In this document: piece after piece, positions 1 through 16,510 of the stretch | Position numbering within the stretch: position 1 is the first letter of the stretch | Layout: each line of letters starts with the position of its first letter | DNA from: Oligoflexia bacterium | GTDB taxonomy: Bacteria; Bdellovibrionota; UBA1018 | Assembly: GCA_031292385.1 (NCBI GenBank) | Contig: JARLHE010000031.1 | Location: forward strand, 34,746-98,745 | DNA: 64,000 nucleotides | Direction: 5' to 3' | The notes under the pieces: model-generated | What the model saw: only the letters and a program-made list of their open reading frames with translations | Databases searched by the model: none | Told to the model about the DNA's origin: nothing | Translations under genes and position numbers: made by a program

Positions 1-408
1 GCGCTTAACCCTCATGCCGGTGAAAACGGGATTTTCGGCAACGAAGAGCAGACCGTCATCGAACCGGCGCTCAAGGCGCTTCGCGCCGAGGTTGCCGGGT
101 CGCTCGTCGGCCCGCTCCCCGCCGACACGCTTTTCGCCAATCACATCAGCGGGACAACGCCGTTTGATGCGGTGGTTTGCATGTATCATGACCAGGGGTT
201 GATTCCCGTGAAGCTCCTTGATTTCCAGAGAACGGTCAATGTAACTTTAGGCTTACCCATCGTTCGAACATCCGTCGATCATGGTGTTGCTTTTGATATC
301 GCGGGAAAGAATCAGGCGGATCCTTCGAGCCTTCAGTCCGCGCTCGATGAGGCCTGCCGAATTACCGCCCAAACGGCAAAGACCGCTAACGTAAAGAGAA
401 CGAAATGA
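1..408 (+). CDS. pdxA: 4-hydroxythreonine-4-phosphate dehydrogenase PdxA, C-terminal fragment (5' end outside the window)
   Basis: Frame 1 is open from nt 1 to the TGA at 406-408. The translation [11 protein letters not shown]...[15 protein letters not shown]...[14 protein letters not shown] matches the conserved PdxA C-terminal motifs. The stop overlaps the next start (ATGA). Confidence 0.8.
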   Translation, partial: ALNPHAGENGIFGNEEQTVIEPALKALRAEVAGSLVGPLPADTLFANHISGTTPFDAVVCMYHDQGLIPVKLLDFQRTVNVTLGLPIVRTSVDHGVAFDIAGKNQADPSSLQSALDEACRITAQTAKTANVKRTK

Positions 409-1841
409 AACCCAAAATTCATCCCTCCATTTTTCGTGAATATGACATCCGCGGACTTGCCGGATCCGAACTCAGCATCGAATTCGCCGAATGCCTGGGC
501 CTTGCTTATGCGAATTTCATCCAAGGGCGCAAACCCGTCGCCGGCCGTAAAAGCCTAACCGTTTCCGTGGGCCGCGATTGCCGTCTCTCGAGCGATGGCT
601 ATGCGGAAGCCCTGGTCAAGGGAATGATTCAAGGCGGACTCGACGTCATCCGCATCGGCGTTTGCCCGACGCCTCTCACATATTTCAGCGTCTTCCATCT
701 CGATCTCGACGGCGCAATCATGGTGACGGGCTCGCATAACCCGAAAGAATACAACGGCTTTAAAATCTGCGTGGGGCGAGACACCATTCACGGCCACCAG
801 ATTCAAGAGCTTCGGGTGCTTATGGAAGAAGTCGTTGCGGGCAAAACGGAATCCGCCGCGCACAAGGGTGCCGTTTCCGATTACGAGATCATTGCGCCCT
901 ATCAGGATTATCTCGTTAAAAACGCGCGCCGCATGACACGCAAAAAGATCGTGCTCGACGCCGGCAACGGCACCGCGAGCACCGTGGCGCCGGAACTTTT
1001 CCGCCGCTTGGGGGCGGACGTCGTTCCCTTGTACTGCGAGCTCGACGGACGCTTCCCGAACCATCATCCAGACCCGACCGTTCCCTCCAACCTCAAAGAC
1101 CTCATCGCGGCGATCAAGCGCGAAAAGGCGGATTTCGGAATCGCTTTCGACGGCGACGCCGACCGGATCGGGCTCGTCGATGAAACCGGCAGAATCATCT
1201 ACGGCGACGAGCTCATGGTGCTTTTCGCCCGAGACATTTTGCTCGAGAAAAAAGGCGCCACCATCATCTCCGAAGTCAAGTCGAGCCACCGGCTCTACGC
1301 CGACATCGCCGCCAAAGGCGGCAAACCGATCATGTGGAAGACCGGCCACTCCTTGATAAAATCGAAAATGAAAGAAACCGGCGCCGCCCTTGCCGGTGAG
1401 ATGTCCGGCCATATATTCTTCGCGGATCGTTATTTCGGCTTCGACGACGCCGTCTACGCAGCGCTTCGGGTTTATGAGATCGCTTCAAAAGCGACCGGGC
1501 CGATTTCATCGTTGCTCGCCGATCTCCCCAAATCGGTGTCGACCCCGGAAATCCGCGTCGATTGCCAGGAAAGCCTCAAGTTCAAGCTCGTTGAGGAAAC
1601 CAAACGAAGACTGTCCGCCTCGGGCGGAAAGATCAACGACATCGACGGCGTCCGAATCGACTTCGGTGATGGATGGGGCTTGGTGCGCGCCTCGAACACC
1701 CAACCGGCGCTCGTTCTGCGCTTTGAGGCATCCACCGAACCCTTGATGAATAAAGTTCGGGACACCGTCGTCAACGCTCTTGAAGAAGCAGCCATCGCCA
1801 TCGGTCATCCCGGGATCGATGCCTCCGGCGGAGCCCATTGA
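405..1841 (+). CDS. phosphomannomutase/phosphoglucomutase (alpha-D-phosphohexomutase family)
   Basis: 478 aa. The N-terminus FREYDIRG and the active-site loop [13 protein letters not shown] (phosphoserine) are present, together with the metal-binding FDGDADR motif. Confidence 0.85.
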   Translation: MKPKIHPSIFREYDIRGLAGSELSIEFAECLGLAYANFIQGRKPVAGRKSLTVSVGRDCRLSSDGYAEALVKGMIQGGLDVIRIGVCPTPLTYFSVFHLDLDGAIMVTGSHNPKEYNGFKICVGRDTIHGHQIQELRVLMEEVVAGKTESAAHKGAVSDYEIIAPYQDYLVKNARRMTRKKIVLDAGNGTASTVAPELFRRLGADVVPLYCELDGRFPNHHPDPTVPSNLKDLIAAIKREKADFGIAFDGDADRIGLVDETGRIIYGDELMVLFARDILLEKKGATIISEVKSSHRLYADIAAKGGKPIMWKTGHSLIKSKMKETGAALAGEMSGHIFFADRYFGFDDAVYAALRVYEIASKATGPISSLLADLPKSVSTPEIRVDCQESLKFKLVEETKRRLSASGGKINDIDGVRIDFGDGWGLVRASNTQPALVLRFEASTEPLMNKVRDTVVNALEEAAIAIGHPGIDASGGAH

Positions 1842-1857
1842 AGCAGAGTTTTGACCC

Positions 1858-4536
1858 ATGACCGACCCCGAAACCAGCAAACCGCGCACGCGTACGAAGA
1901 AGAAGAGCGGGGGCGGCGCCACGAAGGCCCGCGCAGTTTCGGTCCCTCCGTCGTACGAGAACGACGAAGCGATCATCGTGCGCGGGGCGCGCGTCCACAA
2001 TCTTAAGAACATCAGCACGGTTATTCCGCGCGATCAGCTTACCGTCCTGACCGGTCCGTCCGGCTCCGGAAAAAGCTCCCTCGCTTTCGATACGATCTAT
2101 GCCGAAGGCCAGCGTCGCTATGTTGAAAGCCTTTCGGCTTATGCCCGGCAGTTTTTGGAGCAAATCGGAAAGCCCGACGTTGAAGCCATCTCGGGGCTAA
2201 GCCCCACCATCTCGATCGAACAACGCACGACGAGCTATAACCCAAGGTCCACCGTCGGCACGGTGACCGAAATCTACGATTACCTGCGATTGCTTTACTC
2301 CCGCATCGCCAAACCGTTTTGCTACAATTGCGGAAAACCGATTCGCTCACAATCGCCTCAACAGATCACTGATCTTATTCTCTCATCCGAGGAAGGAATC
2401 AAGCTCTCGCTGCTCGCGCCCATCGTGCGCGGTCGAAAAGGGGAGTATCAAAAAGAGCTCGCCCAGCTTCGCCAGCGCGGCTTCGTACGCGTGCGAATCG
2501 ACGGAGCGGTTCACGATCTTTCAAGCGAGATCTCCCTCGACAAAAACAAAAAGCACGACATCGCCGTCTACGTCGACCGACTTGTGATCAAGGGTGATCG
2601 CTCGACCCTGGCCACTCGGGTCAGCGACTCGGTTGAGCTCGCGCTCAAGCTCGCCGAAGGGCTTCTCATCATCGAAACGCAACAAGCCGAGAAAACGGTC
2701 GAAACCCTGATGTCTGAAAAGTTCGCCTGCTCGGATTGCCAAATCAGTTATCCGGCGCCGGAGCCCCGCACTTTCTCGTTCAACAGCCCCATGGGCGCTT
2801 GTCCCACCTGTGACGGCCTAGGCACCGACCCCCGCCTGCGAGACAGCGAGGAACCGGAAGAGGAAGAAACCCAGACGAACGACGGAATCCAGATTACTCA
2901 TCAGGAAGTCACGCCGGAAAACGCGCCCTGTCCCGAGTGCGGCGGCGCCCGCCTTCGGAGAGAAAGCCTTCACTTCAAGATCGCGGAAAGAAATATCGCC
3001 GAAATTTGCCGGCTATCCGTGCTCGACCTGAACGCGTTTTTCACGAACCTTTCGCTCACCGAGCGGGAAAAGCTCATCGCCGATCGGATCATGCGCGAGA
3101 TCAAGGACCGAACCCGCTTTTTGGGCGAAGTCGGCGTGGGCTATCTAAGCATGTCGCGACCGGCGCAGACCCTCTCCGGGGGAGAGGCCCAACGCATCCG
3201 GTTGGCGACCCAAATCGGAAGCTCCCTGGTAGGCGTGATTTACGTCCTGGATGAACCCAGCATCGGCCTTCACCAACGGGACAACGCCAAGCTGATCGAT
3301 ACCTTGAAACGCTTGCGCGATCTCGGCAATACCGTCTTGGTCGTCGAACACGATCGCGACACCATCGAGGCCGCTGACTGGATCCTTGACCTCGGACCCG
3401 CGGCCGGTGCGAACGGCGGGAAGATCGTGGCCGAAGGCACCCTTCAGGATATTTTAAACTCGAAGGAGAGCCTCACCGGGCAATACCTGAGAGGCGAGCG
3501 GGAGATCTCAGTACCCAAAAAGCGTCGGCCGATCGACCGCTCCCGGATGATCAAAATCAAAGGCGCCGCGCTCAACAATCTTCGAGACGTGAACGTGAAT
3601 TTCCCTCTCGGCGTACTGACCTGCGTGACCGGAGTATCAGGAAGCGGAAAAAGCACCCTTGTGATCGACACGCTCTATCGGTCGCTCGTTGAGCATCTGT
3701 ACCGGGTCAAAGGAAGAGCCGATTTACAGGGCGCGCAAATTTCAGGGCTCGAGCTCATTGACAAGGTGATCGATATCGATCAGAGCCCGATCGGAAAAAC
3801 GCCTCGCTCGAATCCCGCCACTTATACCGGCATTTTCAGCCTCATTCGCGATATTTTTGCCCAGCTTCCGGATAGCCAAGTCCGCGGATACGGTCCAGGC
3901 CGTTATTCATTCAACGTAAAGGGCGGTCGATGCGAAGCTTGCGAAGGCGATGGGGTGACGCGGATCGAGATGCATTTTCTGCCCGACGTCTTTGTCCGCT
4001 GCGAGGTTTGCAAGGGGCGGCGCTATAATCGCGAAACCCTTGAAATCCGCTATAAAGGAAAAAACATCGCCGACGTTCTCGAGATGACGGGCGAAGAGGC
4101 TTACGCTTTTTTTGATGCGATCCCGTCGCTCAAGATGAAGCTCAAAATCCTGAACGATGTGGGCCTGGGCTACCTTCGACTCGGACAGAGCGCGACGACG
4201 CTTTCGGGGGGCGAAGCCCAGCGGATCAAGCTTTCCAAAGAGCTCTCAAAGCGCGGCACCGGCAAGACCGTTTACATTTTGGACGAGCCGTCGACGGGGC
4301 TTCACTTCGAGGACATCAAAAACCTTTTGGCCATCTTACAGGCGCTCGTCGATCAAGGTAATACCGTCATTGTCATCGAGCATAATCTCGACATCATCAA
4401 AGTGGCCGATCACGTGATCGACATGGGTCCCGAAGGCGGAACTGGCGGCGGGCTTTTGGTTGCCTCCGGAACGCCTGAAGAAATCGTCAAGGCGGCGGAC
4501 AGTCACACCGGGGCTTATCTCAAGCCGTATCTTTAA
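1858..4536 (+). CDS. uvrA: excinuclease ABC subunit A (UvrA)
   Basis: 892 aa. Two ABC ATPase modules are present ([31 protein letters not shown] twice, [10 protein letters not shown]), along with zinc-finger CxxC pairs. Confidence 0.95.
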   Translation: MTDPETSKPRTRTKKKSGGGATKARAVSVPPSYENDEAIIVRGARVHNLKNISTVIPRDQLTVLTGPSGSGKSSLAFDTIYAEGQRRYVESLSAYARQFLEQIGKPDVEAISGLSPTISIEQRTTSYNPRSTVGTVTEIYDYLRLLYSRIAKPFCYNCGKPIRSQSPQQITDLILSSEEGIKLSLLAPIVRGRKGEYQKELAQLRQRGFVRVRIDGAVHDLSSEISLDKNKKHDIAVYVDRLVIKGDRSTLATRVSDSVELALKLAEGLLIIETQQAEKTVETLMSEKFACSDCQISYPAPEPRTFSFNSPMGACPTCDGLGTDPRLRDSEEPEEEETQTNDGIQITHQEVTPENAPCPECGGARLRRESLHFKIAERNIAEICRLSVLDLNAFFTNLSLTEREKLIADRIMREIKDRTRFLGEVGVGYLSMSRPAQTLSGGEAQRIRLATQIGSSLVGVIYVLDEPSIGLHQRDNAKLIDTLKRLRDLGNTVLVVEHDRDTIEAADWILDLGPAAGANGGKIVAEGTLQDILNSKESLTGQYLRGEREISVPKKRRPIDRSRMIKIKGAALNNLRDVNVNFPLGVLTCVTGVSGSGKSTLVIDTLYRSLVEHLYRVKGRADLQGAQISGLELIDKVIDIDQSPIGKTPRSNPATYTGIFSLIRDIFAQLPDSQVRGYGPGRYSFNVKGGRCEACEGDGVTRIEMHFLPDVFVRCEVCKGRRYNRETLEIRYKGKNIADVLEMTGEEAYAFFDAIPSLKMKLKILNDVGLGYLRLGQSATTLSGGEAQRIKLSKELSKRGTGKTVYILDEPSTGLHFEDIKNLLAILQALVDQGNTVIVIEHNLDIIKVADHVIDMGPEGGTGGGLLVASGTPEEIVKAADSHTGAYLKPYL

Positions 4537-4539
4537 AAT

Positions 4540-4579
4540 AGAAACGGGAACTCCCGTGTTACCGGAAATTCCCGTTTCT
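4540..4579. terminator. putative bidirectional terminator hairpin between convergent uvrA and atpE
   Basis: An 11-nt inverted repeat AGAAACGGGAA (4540-4550) / TTCCCGTTTCT (4569-4579) lies between the uvrA stop (4536) and the atpE stop (4602). Confidence 0.45.
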
Positions 4580-4601
4580 AAACTTCAATCTAAATAAGAA
4601 T

Positions 4602-4919
4602 TTAGATCTTGATCTTTACGAACGCGATAACGAAGGCGTAAAGAACGAGGGATTCGATCAGAGCCAAACCGATAATCATCGGGATGAAGATCTTGTTCTG
4701 AGCGCCAGGGTTACGAGCGATGCCTTCGAGGGCAGCGACCATCGTTTTGCCTTGGCCGAGAGCGCCGCCGAACGCCGCGATCGCGATCGCGAGACCGGCT
4801 GCCAACGAGGCATATTGATCAACAGATGCCGCAGCCGTTCCTTCTTGGGCGAATGCCGCCGTCGAGAGAAGGGCCAAACCGAAAACCGACATCATCAACA
4901 AAGCTTTAGCGAATTTCAT
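4602..4919 (-). CDS. atpE: F0F1 ATP synthase subunit c
   Basis: 105 aa with two TM helices, a GLAIAIAAFGGALGQG Gly-rich helix 1, the ARNPG loop and a conserved acidic residue in helix 2 (LIESLVLYAF). Confidence 0.9.
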   Translation of the reverse strand: MKFAKALLMMSVFGLALLSTAAFAQEGTAAASVDQYASLAAGLAIAIAAFGGALGQGKTMVAALEGIARNPGAQNKIFIPMIIGLALIESLVLYAFVIAFVKIKI

Positions 4920-4936
4920 CTAACTACTTTCCTTTC

Positions 4937-5650
4937 TTAGTGATCTTCCGCAGATGTGGACAGAGAGATATAGACCATCGTCATCAAAGTAAAGACGAAA
5001 GCCTGAATGAAGGCCACAAACACCCCGATCCCGTAGAAAACCACGGGGAGGAAGTAAGGAACCAAACTACTGAAAACTCCAAGGACGACGTGATCGCCCA
5101 TAATATTTCCGCGCAAACGCAGTGCAAGTGAGAGAGGGCGGAAAAGATGCGACGCCAATTCGATAATCAGCATCAGCGGCGCAAGCCATACGACCGGGCC
5201 CAGGAAGTGTTTAAAATACTTTACGAACCCTTGAGCGCGGACGCCGACGTAATTGTAATAAACAAAGACGAACATGCCCAGTGCGAGCGTGGTATTGAAG
5301 TTTTCCGTCGGAGGCAAAAAGCCTGGAATCAAGCCGACGATGTTGGAAGCAAAAATGAATAGAAAAAGAGTTCCGACGATCGGAAAATAGAGCGGCGCAT
5401 CGTGATGGCCGATCACCGATTCGGTCAGGCCGTAAAGCGATTCGGCCATGATTTCGAAAAAGTTTTTAAAAGTCAGGCGCTCGTCAGGAATCAACCCGCC
5501 GCCGGCGCTCTTCATGGCGGTGTTCAACTGCAAACGAGCAATCCAGGTCGTTACCACCAAAATGATACCGACCAAGCCAAACATGAACACGTGGTTCATC
5601 CCGTGTTCGACGCCTAGTTTCTCGAGCCAGTTAAAAGCATGCTCATTCAT
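4937..5650 (-). CDS. atpB: F0F1 ATP synthase subunit a
   Basis: 237 aa polytopic membrane protein. It carries LSLALRLRGNIMGDHVV, the conserved Arg region of subunit a, and lies directly upstream of atpE. Confidence 0.9.
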   Translation of the reverse strand: MNEHAFNWLEKLGVEHGMNHVFMFGLVGIILVVTTWIARLQLNTAMKSAGGGLIPDERLTFKNFFEIMAESLYGLTESVIGHHDAPLYFPIVGTLFLFIFASNIVGLIPGFLPPTENFNTTLALGMFVFVYYNYVGVRAQGFVKYFKHFLGPVVWLAPLMLIIELASHLFRPLSLALRLRGNIMGDHVVLGVFSSLVPYFLPVVFYGIGVFVAFIQAFVFTLMTMVYISLSTSAEDH

Positions 5651-6116
5651 TCGATGTTCCTACAAACAATTGCCAAAACACTCCGCCCAAAAGCGGTACT
5701 ACCATTAGCGTAGAAATCCCGGTCAGAAGCCCTGGAGTCGGAATTCCGCTCGAGGATGATCCACGCGCCATCAAGAATCCTAAAAATATCAGGCAAACTA
5801 GCTTAATACTGGCCCAATAGGAAGTGCGAAATACCAAAAAAATCGGTTTCTCACTCTCGTTGCGCATTAAGTCAAAAAGACCGGACAAGGCCTGCGCAAG
5901 AGCGAACAGGTCGAGTATGCTCAGACCGAACAGAATACAAAGCCAAGTCAGCGATCTTCTGAGTTCTGCTTTATCCGGACTGAGCTTAAAACAAATCGCC
6001 GCGCTCAAAAGAAGCCAAATTAGGCCGGCAAGACCAAAGCCGGACAGGGACTCCGAGGAAACCAGCGACTTAACCGACGGCTTAATAGCTTTAGAGTCTT
6101 TTGAAGCGGCCGTCAT
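5643..6116 (-). CDS. ATP synthase protein I-like membrane protein (AtpI)
   Basis: 157 aa with about 4 TM segments, positioned between atpZ-like and atpB. The start/stop overlaps on both sides imply translational coupling. The assignment rests on position and topology only. Confidence 0.5.
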   Translation of the reverse strand: MTAASKDSKAIKPSVKSLVSSESLSGFGLAGLIWLLLSAAICFKLSPDKAELRRSLTWLCILFGLSILDLFALAQALSGLFDLMRNESEKPIFLVFRTSYWASIKLVCLIFLGFLMARGSSSSGIPTPGLLTGISTLMVVPLLGGVFWQLFVGTSNE

Positions 6117-6358
6117 TGGGTCTTATCCGAAGCATTTGCCCGACTGGAAATCACATAAATCCGGTACATGGCAAGCCCCAAGCCCATCAGGGAGCTGACA
6201 AGCATTGTCCACCACGGCGCATGGAGAGCGGTTCGAGCCCAATAACCCGCCGCGACCCCGGCTCCCGTAAACCCGACCAGCTCGGAGATGATCACCGAAA
6301 ACAAGCCCAGGCTTTTTGCCCACTCGGGCCTTTTGTCTTCTTCCTTCTCCGCCATCAA
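6113..6358 (-). CDS. AtpZ/AtpR-like small F0-associated membrane protein
   Basis: 81 aa with two TM helices, at the first position of the atpZ-I-B-E half-operon seen in delta-proteobacteria-type split atp loci. Confidence 0.5.
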   Translation of the reverse strand: MMAEKEEDKRPEWAKSLGLFSVIISELVGFTGAGVAAGYWARTALHAPWWTMLVSSLMGLGLAMYRIYVISSRANASDKTQ

Positions 6359-7194
6359 TGACTCCGCTGGGCCTTCCGCTCACGAATTCGAACCAGCTTG
6401 ATCGTAATCACGTTAGGGGAGGGGTAGGTATACTTCAGCGCCTCATATGCGTTGTATGCGGCGTCGAGCTGGTCCATTTCCTCAAGGCAGGACGCGATCC
6501 CGAACTTGGCCTGGGGAGCCCACTTGCTTTCCGGGTATTTTTTCAGGAATCGCTCGAACGCATCGATCGCGTCTTGATACGAGTCGTTGTTCGTGAATTT
6601 AGATTTATGCGGTTGATTCGGGTGTTGCTCGCCCCGAGTGAAATAGGTCATCCCGATTTCGTACATCGCCCTCTCGGCATACGGGCTGTTCGGGTAGGCC
6701 TTGATCAACTCCGAATAGGTCTGCAGAGCATCGTTGAAATTAAGCATGAAAAACTGCGCCTGCGCGATTCGAAACATATAAAGCGCGGCATCCGGATGAC
6801 TGGGCCTTTCCGCGAGCATCGAGCGATATTGAGAAATCGCCTCCGGATAAAGAGCCATCTTCGTCAGAAGAATCTCGCCGATCTGGACTTTCGCATTCCA
6901 TGCTGCGTCCTTATCCGGGGTCAGCTGCGCGAACACTCCCAGCTTCCGTACCGCATCCGAATATTGCGAGAGAAAATAAGCCTGGGTCGTCGCCGCCCGA
7001 TACAAGGCCTGAAGTCCAAGCTCACCGTGCGGATCGTGGCCGTAAACCCGGTCGAATTCGGCGACCGCGGCAGCATAATTTCCGTCCGCCCAAAGTTTCT
7101 CGCCTAAAACGTACTGCTTTTTAGTGCCGGTCAGTCCGCAAGCCGCGGCCAAAAGAATGAAGAGAGCAAATGTGGCGACTACCACTGCCCTCAT
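6355..7194 (-). CDS. TPR-repeat lipoprotein, BamD/YfiO-like outer-membrane assembly lipoprotein
   Basis: 279 aa. It has a signal peptide with lipobox LAAAC-G and several TPR-like helical repeats ([54 protein letters not shown]). Confidence 0.6.
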   Translation of the reverse strand: MRAVVVATFALFILLAAACGLTGTKKQYVLGEKLWADGNYAAAVAEFDRVYGHDPHGELGLQALYRAATTQAYFLSQYSDAVRKLGVFAQLTPDKDAAWNAKVQIGEILLTKMALYPEAISQYRSMLAERPSHPDAALYMFRIAQAQFFMLNFNDALQTYSELIKAYPNSPYAERAMYEIGMTYFTRGEQHPNQPHKSKFTNNDSYQDAIDAFERFLKKYPESKWAPQAKFGIASCLEEMDQLDAAYNAYEALKYTYPSPNVITIKLVRIRERKAQRSH

Positions 7195-9722
7195 TCATTT
7201 TCACCTACTGGCCCACCCTGGGCTGGGCCCGAAGCCGGAGCGGTCTCGTCCGTTGTCGCGGTTTCGGCCATGTACTCGAACGAAACGATTTTTTCGCCGG
7301 CCGAGACATTCATGAGACGGACGCCCTGGGTATTGCGGCCCTGTTCCGAAATCTCGCCCACCCGAATCCGGATCATCTGGCCCTTATTGGACACGAGCAT
7401 CAGATCGTCCTTCGGCAAGACCTGGCGAGAGCCCATCACAAGCCCATTCTTATCGGTGGTTTTCATCGTGATGATGCCCTTGCCGCCTCGGCTCTGGGCC
7501 CGATAGTCCTGAACCGGCGTACGTTTTCCATATCCGCCTTCCGTAACCGTCAGGAGCTCGTAAGGCTTGCCGGCTTGGCCGTCCGTACCGGTGTCTAAAA
7601 CTTCCATCGTCACGATACGGTCGCCTTCGTCGAGGCTCATGCCGATCACGCCGCGCGCCGTACGTCCCATCGGCCGCACGTCCTCCTCCGAGAAACGAAT
7701 GCTCATCCCATTCATCGAGCAAAGGAAGATGTCGTTCTTGCCGTTCGTGATCTTGGCTGAGACCAGTTCGTCGTCGTCGTCCGTGGATATGGCGATAATC
7801 CCGGCGTTTCTGACATTGCTGAAATCGCTCAGCGGGGTCTTTTTGATCACGCCCTTGCGGGTCACCATCATGATAAACTCGCTTTCGGCGAATTCGCGCA
7901 CCGGTAAAATCGCTTTGATCTTCTCGCCGGAAGCAAGCGCGATGAGATTGACGATCGCCTTGCCCTTGGCCACCCGGCTCGCCTCCGGAATCTTGTAAAC
8001 CTTCAGCCAGTAGAGGCGTCCCTTATCCGTGAAGCATAAGAGGTAATTCAAAGTGTTCGTCCGGTAGATCGCCGTGACGAAATCCTCGTCACCGGTCGTA
8101 ACCGCGCGGATGCCTCTGCCGCCGCGATGCTGGCTTTTGAAGCTGTTCGGATCGGCGCGTTTGACGTAACCGGTGTGCGTGATCGAAACGAGCGTATCCT
8201 CGTCGGCGATCAAATCTTCAACCTCGAAATCGCCCGAAGCGCCGTACATGATTTCCGTGCAGCGCTCGTCCCCGTATTCCTTGCTCACGTCAAGCAGCTC
8301 GTCCTTGATGACCTGGAAAACCAGCGCTTCGCTGCCCAGGATCTTCTTCAGCCGGTCGATGAGCTCCAAGATATTGCGGTACTCTTCGACGATCTTGTCG
8401 CGCTCAAGACCGGTGAGGCGCTGCAAGCGCATTTCCAAAATGGCTTGCGCCTGGATGTCGCTGAAACCGAAGCGGGCCATCAACTGGGAATGCGCCTCGT
8501 CCGGGCCCTTCGCCGCCTTGATCAGGGCGATGACTTCGTCAATGTTCTCGACCGCGCGCTTCAGACCTTCCAAGATATGCGCGCGCGCCTCGGCTTTTTT
8601 CAGCTCGAAAATCGTGCGGCGGACGACCACGTCCTTGCGATGCTCGACGAAAGCCCAGAGCATATCGCGAAGGTTGAACGTCTTCGGCTGCCCGTGATGA
8701 ATGGCGAGAAAGTTGATGCCATAGCTTTCTTGGAGCTGCGTGAGCTTATAGAGCTGATTCAGGATGACGTTCGAGTTCTCGCTCTTCTTGAGCTCGATCA
8801 CGATGCGCATGCCCGTGCGATCGGATTCGTCGCGCAGATCGGAAATGCCTTCAATTCGCTTGTCGCGAACGAGATCGGCGATTTTCTCGATGAGCTTCGC
8901 CTTATTCACCTGATAGGGGATTTCGGTCACGATGATTCGTTCGCGATCGCCCTTGAAAGCTTCGATTTCGGCCTTGGATCGGATCAGAATCGAGCCGCGG
9001 CCGGAGCGGTAAGCTTCCTTCAAGCCGGGACCGGCGATGATAATGCCCGCCGTGGGAAAATCCGGGCCTTTCACATACTGAAGCAAAGCATCCGTGCCGA
9101 GCGAAGGATCGTCGATCAAGGCGATCGTCGCTTCGATCACCTCGCGGAGATTGTGCGGGGGAATATTGGTCGCCATACCGACCGCGATGCCGGTGCCGCC
9201 GTTGATCAGAAGGTTCGGGATTTTGGCCGGCATGACGAGCGGCTCTTGCAAGCTATCGTCGTAGTTGGGCCCGAAATCGACCGTTTCTTTGTCGAGATCG
9301 CTCAGAATCTCGTTCGTGATCCGAGCCATCCTGATTTCGGTGTAACGCATGGCCGCGGCCGAATCGCCATCGATCGAGCCGAAGTTCCCTTGGCCGTCGA
9401 CCAGCGGGTAACGGAGCGAGAAATCCTGCGCCATGCGCACGATCGTTTCGTAGACCGCGGTATCGCCGTGCGGATGGTATTTACCGATGACGTCACCGAC
9501 CACGCGCGCCGATTTCTTGTACGGCTTGTTATAAAAATTGCTGAGATCGTACATCGCGTAGAGCACGCGGCGATGTACGGGCTTAAGCCCATCCCGGACA
9601 TCGGGGAGCGCGCGTCCGACGATCACGCTCATCGCGTAATCGAGATAAGCGCCTCGCATCTCGTCTTCGATATTGACGAGCATCGTGTTTTTGTCGGGTG
9701 CGGTCATTCCAGTTTCAGTCAT
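7191..9722 (-). CDS. gyrA: DNA gyrase subunit A
   Basis: 843 aa. The N-terminus [33 protein letters not shown] is the GyrA active-site Tyr region, and the C-terminal beta-pinwheel repeats are present. Confidence 0.95.
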   Translation of the reverse strand: MTETGMTAPDKNTMLVNIEDEMRGAYLDYAMSVIVGRALPDVRDGLKPVHRRVLYAMYDLSNFYNKPYKKSARVVGDVIGKYHPHGDTAVYETIVRMAQDFSLRYPLVDGQGNFGSIDGDSAAAMRYTEIRMARITNEILSDLDKETVDFGPNYDDSLQEPLVMPAKIPNLLINGGTGIAVGMATNIPPHNLREVIEATIALIDDPSLGTDALLQYVKGPDFPTAGIIIAGPGLKEAYRSGRGSILIRSKAEIEAFKGDRERIIVTEIPYQVNKAKLIEKIADLVRDKRIEGISDLRDESDRTGMRIVIELKKSENSNVILNQLYKLTQLQESYGINFLAIHHGQPKTFNLRDMLWAFVEHRKDVVVRRTIFELKKAEARAHILEGLKRAVENIDEVIALIKAAKGPDEAHSQLMARFGFSDIQAQAILEMRLQRLTGLERDKIVEEYRNILELIDRLKKILGSEALVFQVIKDELLDVSKEYGDERCTEIMYGASGDFEVEDLIADEDTLVSITHTGYVKRADPNSFKSQHRGGRGIRAVTTGDEDFVTAIYRTNTLNYLLCFTDKGRLYWLKVYKIPEASRVAKGKAIVNLIALASGEKIKAILPVREFAESEFIMMVTRKGVIKKTPLSDFSNVRNAGIIAISTDDDDELVSAKITNGKNDIFLCSMNGMSIRFSEEDVRPMGRTARGVIGMSLDEGDRIVTMEVLDTGTDGQAGKPYELLTVTEGGYGKRTPVQDYRAQSRGGKGIITMKTTDKNGLVMGSRQVLPKDDLMLVSNKGQMIRIRVGEISEQGRNTQGVRLMNVSAGEKIVSFEYMAETATTDETAPASGPAQGGPVGENE

Positions 9723-9728
9723 ATAAAA

Positions 9729-14447
<4,719 letters not shown>

Positions 14448-15563
14448 TTAAATGCGCATCGGCATGATGACATAGGTGTGGTTTTGAGTTCCCACCGCAC
14501 GCAAAATCCCAGGGCTCAAACGGTCTTTGATATGCAGCTCAAGGCTTTCGGCATTCATCACATTGAGGCACTCGAGAAGATACCGGGAATTAAAACCGAT
14601 ATCCATCGGCTCGCCCGATTGCTCAACGTCGATTTCCTCACGTGCTTCACCCATATCTGGGTTGCTGGATGAAATAGTCAACGTGGAGTCTTGAAGGGCG
14701 AGCTTTACGCCTTTGCTTTTTTCGTGGGCCAGTAAGCTGACGCGTTTCAGAGCTGAAGTGAAGGTATCGCGATCCATTCGAACAACGCGATCGGTCTGCT
14801 TAGGGATGACCAAGCGGTAATCCGGATATTCACCATCGATCAGGCGAATGAAGAGATAGCAGTCACTGAACTTGACGAACATATGGCCGCGCTCGAAAGC
14901 AAGGCCGATTGCGGCTTCACCTTGGCCCATGAGCTTTCGGATCTCGCTCAGTCCTTTTTTAGGGATGATGATGCCACGTTTGAGCTCGGGCATTTTCAAA
15001 AAGACTTCGCAGTCCACGAAGGAAAGACGGTGACCGTCTGTTGCGGTCATTCGCATAACGCCGTTTTCGAGATGCTCGAAGAAAACGCCGTTGAGGTGAT
15101 AACGGGTCGCATCGGTCGAGACCGCGAACTCCGTTTTCGAAATCATGTCGTTTAAAGCTTCGGTGCGAACATCCGCATATGCTTTGTCTTCGAAGGTTGG
15201 AAGGGAAGGATATTCATCAGCTGACAAACTGACGATGTTGAACTTGGATTTGCCGCAAACGATTTCAACCCAATTATTGTCCTTGCGAGTGATTTGAAGA
15301 GGCTTGTTAGGAAGTTCCTTTACGATGTCGAGAAAATGTTTCGCTGAAAGGGTGATCTTCCCATCTTGGCTGGTCTGACCTGCTTCAAGAGGTAGCGTGA
15401 CTTTGATGCCGACTTCAAGATCGGTTGCGCAAAGAGAGAGCTCTTGCTTTTGAACGACGCAAAGAATGTTTCCGAGAATTTGAACGGTATTTTTTCGTTC
15501 AACCACGGATTGAACTTTCTGGAGAGCGTTCAAAAGGGGTTCTCGTTGGATTGTAAAATTCAT
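14448..15563 (-). CDS. dnaN: DNA polymerase III beta sliding clamp
   Basis: 371 aa. The N-terminus MNFTIQREPLLNALQKVQSVVERKNTVQILGNIL is typical, there is a three-domain repeat structure, and it ends ...HTYVIMPMRI. Confidence 0.9.
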   Translation of the reverse strand: MNFTIQREPLLNALQKVQSVVERKNTVQILGNILCVVQKQELSLCATDLEVGIKVTLPLEAGQTSQDGKITLSAKHFLDIVKELPNKPLQITRKDNNWVEIVCGKSKFNIVSLSADEYPSLPTFEDKAYADVRTEALNDMISKTEFAVSTDATRYHLNGVFFEHLENGVMRMTATDGHRLSFVDCEVFLKMPELKRGIIIPKKGLSEIRKLMGQGEAAIGLAFERGHMFVKFSDCYLFIRLIDGEYPDYRLVIPKQTDRVVRMDRDTFTSALKRVSLLAHEKSKGVKLALQDSTLTISSSNPDMGEAREEIDVEQSGEPMDIGFNSRYLLECLNVMNAESLELHIKDRLSPGILRAVGTQNHTYVIMPMRI

Positions 15564-16108
15564 TACGGTTACCTCAATTTAACTCCTTACTACCCTTAGT
15601 TCTTTTTATATATAAAAAATTAGTAGTCGTAGTAGAGCGTGTGGATATGTGGATAAGTGGTCTAAGTGCCTATTATTGAATCGGAATCAGCGTGCATAAG
15701 TCTGTGTATAACGGATGTGGATAAATCGGCGTTTTTGTTGATAACTTTTTCAAAAGCTCAGAATGAAGTTATCAACATACTTATCCACAGGCCTTTTGTG
15801 GATAAGTGCTATTACCAAACTATTTTTTTCGGTTATTAGGGCTGAAATAGGTTGTTTGATAGGCCGTTTTGGGAAGTTATCCATAAAACAGGGGAGCGCA
15901 AAAAGTTATCCGAGAAGTTATGAAATCATGGGTTTCACAGATTTGGGGATAACTTACCAACTTATTGATTTATATAGTTTTTAATTGTTTTTTTATGGGG
16001 ATAACATTGTCAATAACCCTGTGGATAAGACCTGATTAGTCAAATCGCCGGATTATTATCCACAGAGTTTTCCACAGAGTTATCCACTAAAAATGAATGA
16101 CTGAGTAT
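15564..16108. other. putative chromosomal replication origin (oriC): DnaA-box cluster plus AT-rich tracts
   Basis: The region is non-coding and AT-rich. Perfect DnaA 9-mers (TTATCCACA/TGTGGATAA) occur at 15648-56, 15716-24, 15781-89, 15797-805, 16020-28 and 16056-64. One-mismatch boxes occur at 15640-48, 15736-44, 15769-77, 15877-85, 15944-52, 15996-16004, 16068-76 and 16080-88. AT-rich candidate DUE tracts lie at 15596-15635 and 15961-15995. The cluster is immediately upstream of dnaN. Confidence 0.75.
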
Positions 16109-16510
16109 TTAGGTCCGAACCGGTGAATTCTTGCCGATGTAATCGACTACTTCCTGGAGGCTCGTTCCCGGAGTGAACACCATGTGGACACCTTCTTTTT
16201 TCAGCAAAGGAATGTCTTCGTCAGGAATAATTCCGCCGACGACAAAAAGTGCGTCGGTGAGGCCGGCCTTTTTAACACCGTCGATAATTTCCGGAACGAG
16301 GGCGTTATGGGCTCCGGACAAAATACTCAAACCGACGACGTGCACGTCTTCCTGGATGGCGGCGTTAATCACCATTTCGGGGGTTTGATGAAGTCCCGTG
16401 TAGATCACCTCAAAGCCGGCATCTCGCAAGGCGCGGGCAATGACTTTAGCTCCACGGTCATGTCCGTCTAAGCCTGGTTTGGCGACTAGAACTCGTATTT
16501 TATTGCTCAT
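16109..16510 (-). CDS. acyl-CoA mutase small subunit, cobalamin-binding domain (methylmalonyl-/isobutyryl-CoA mutase family)
   Basis: 133 aa. It carries the B12-binding motif [11 protein letters not shown] (DxHxxG, His-on ligand) and the Rossmann-like GG..P tail [10 protein letters not shown]. Confidence 0.85.
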   Translation of the reverse strand: MSNKIRVLVAKPGLDGHDRGAKVIARALRDAGFEVIYTGLHQTPEMVINAAIQEDVHVVGLSILSGAHNALVPEIIDGVKKAGLTDALFVVGGIIPDEDIPLLKKEGVHMVFTPGTSLQEVVDYIGKNSPVRT

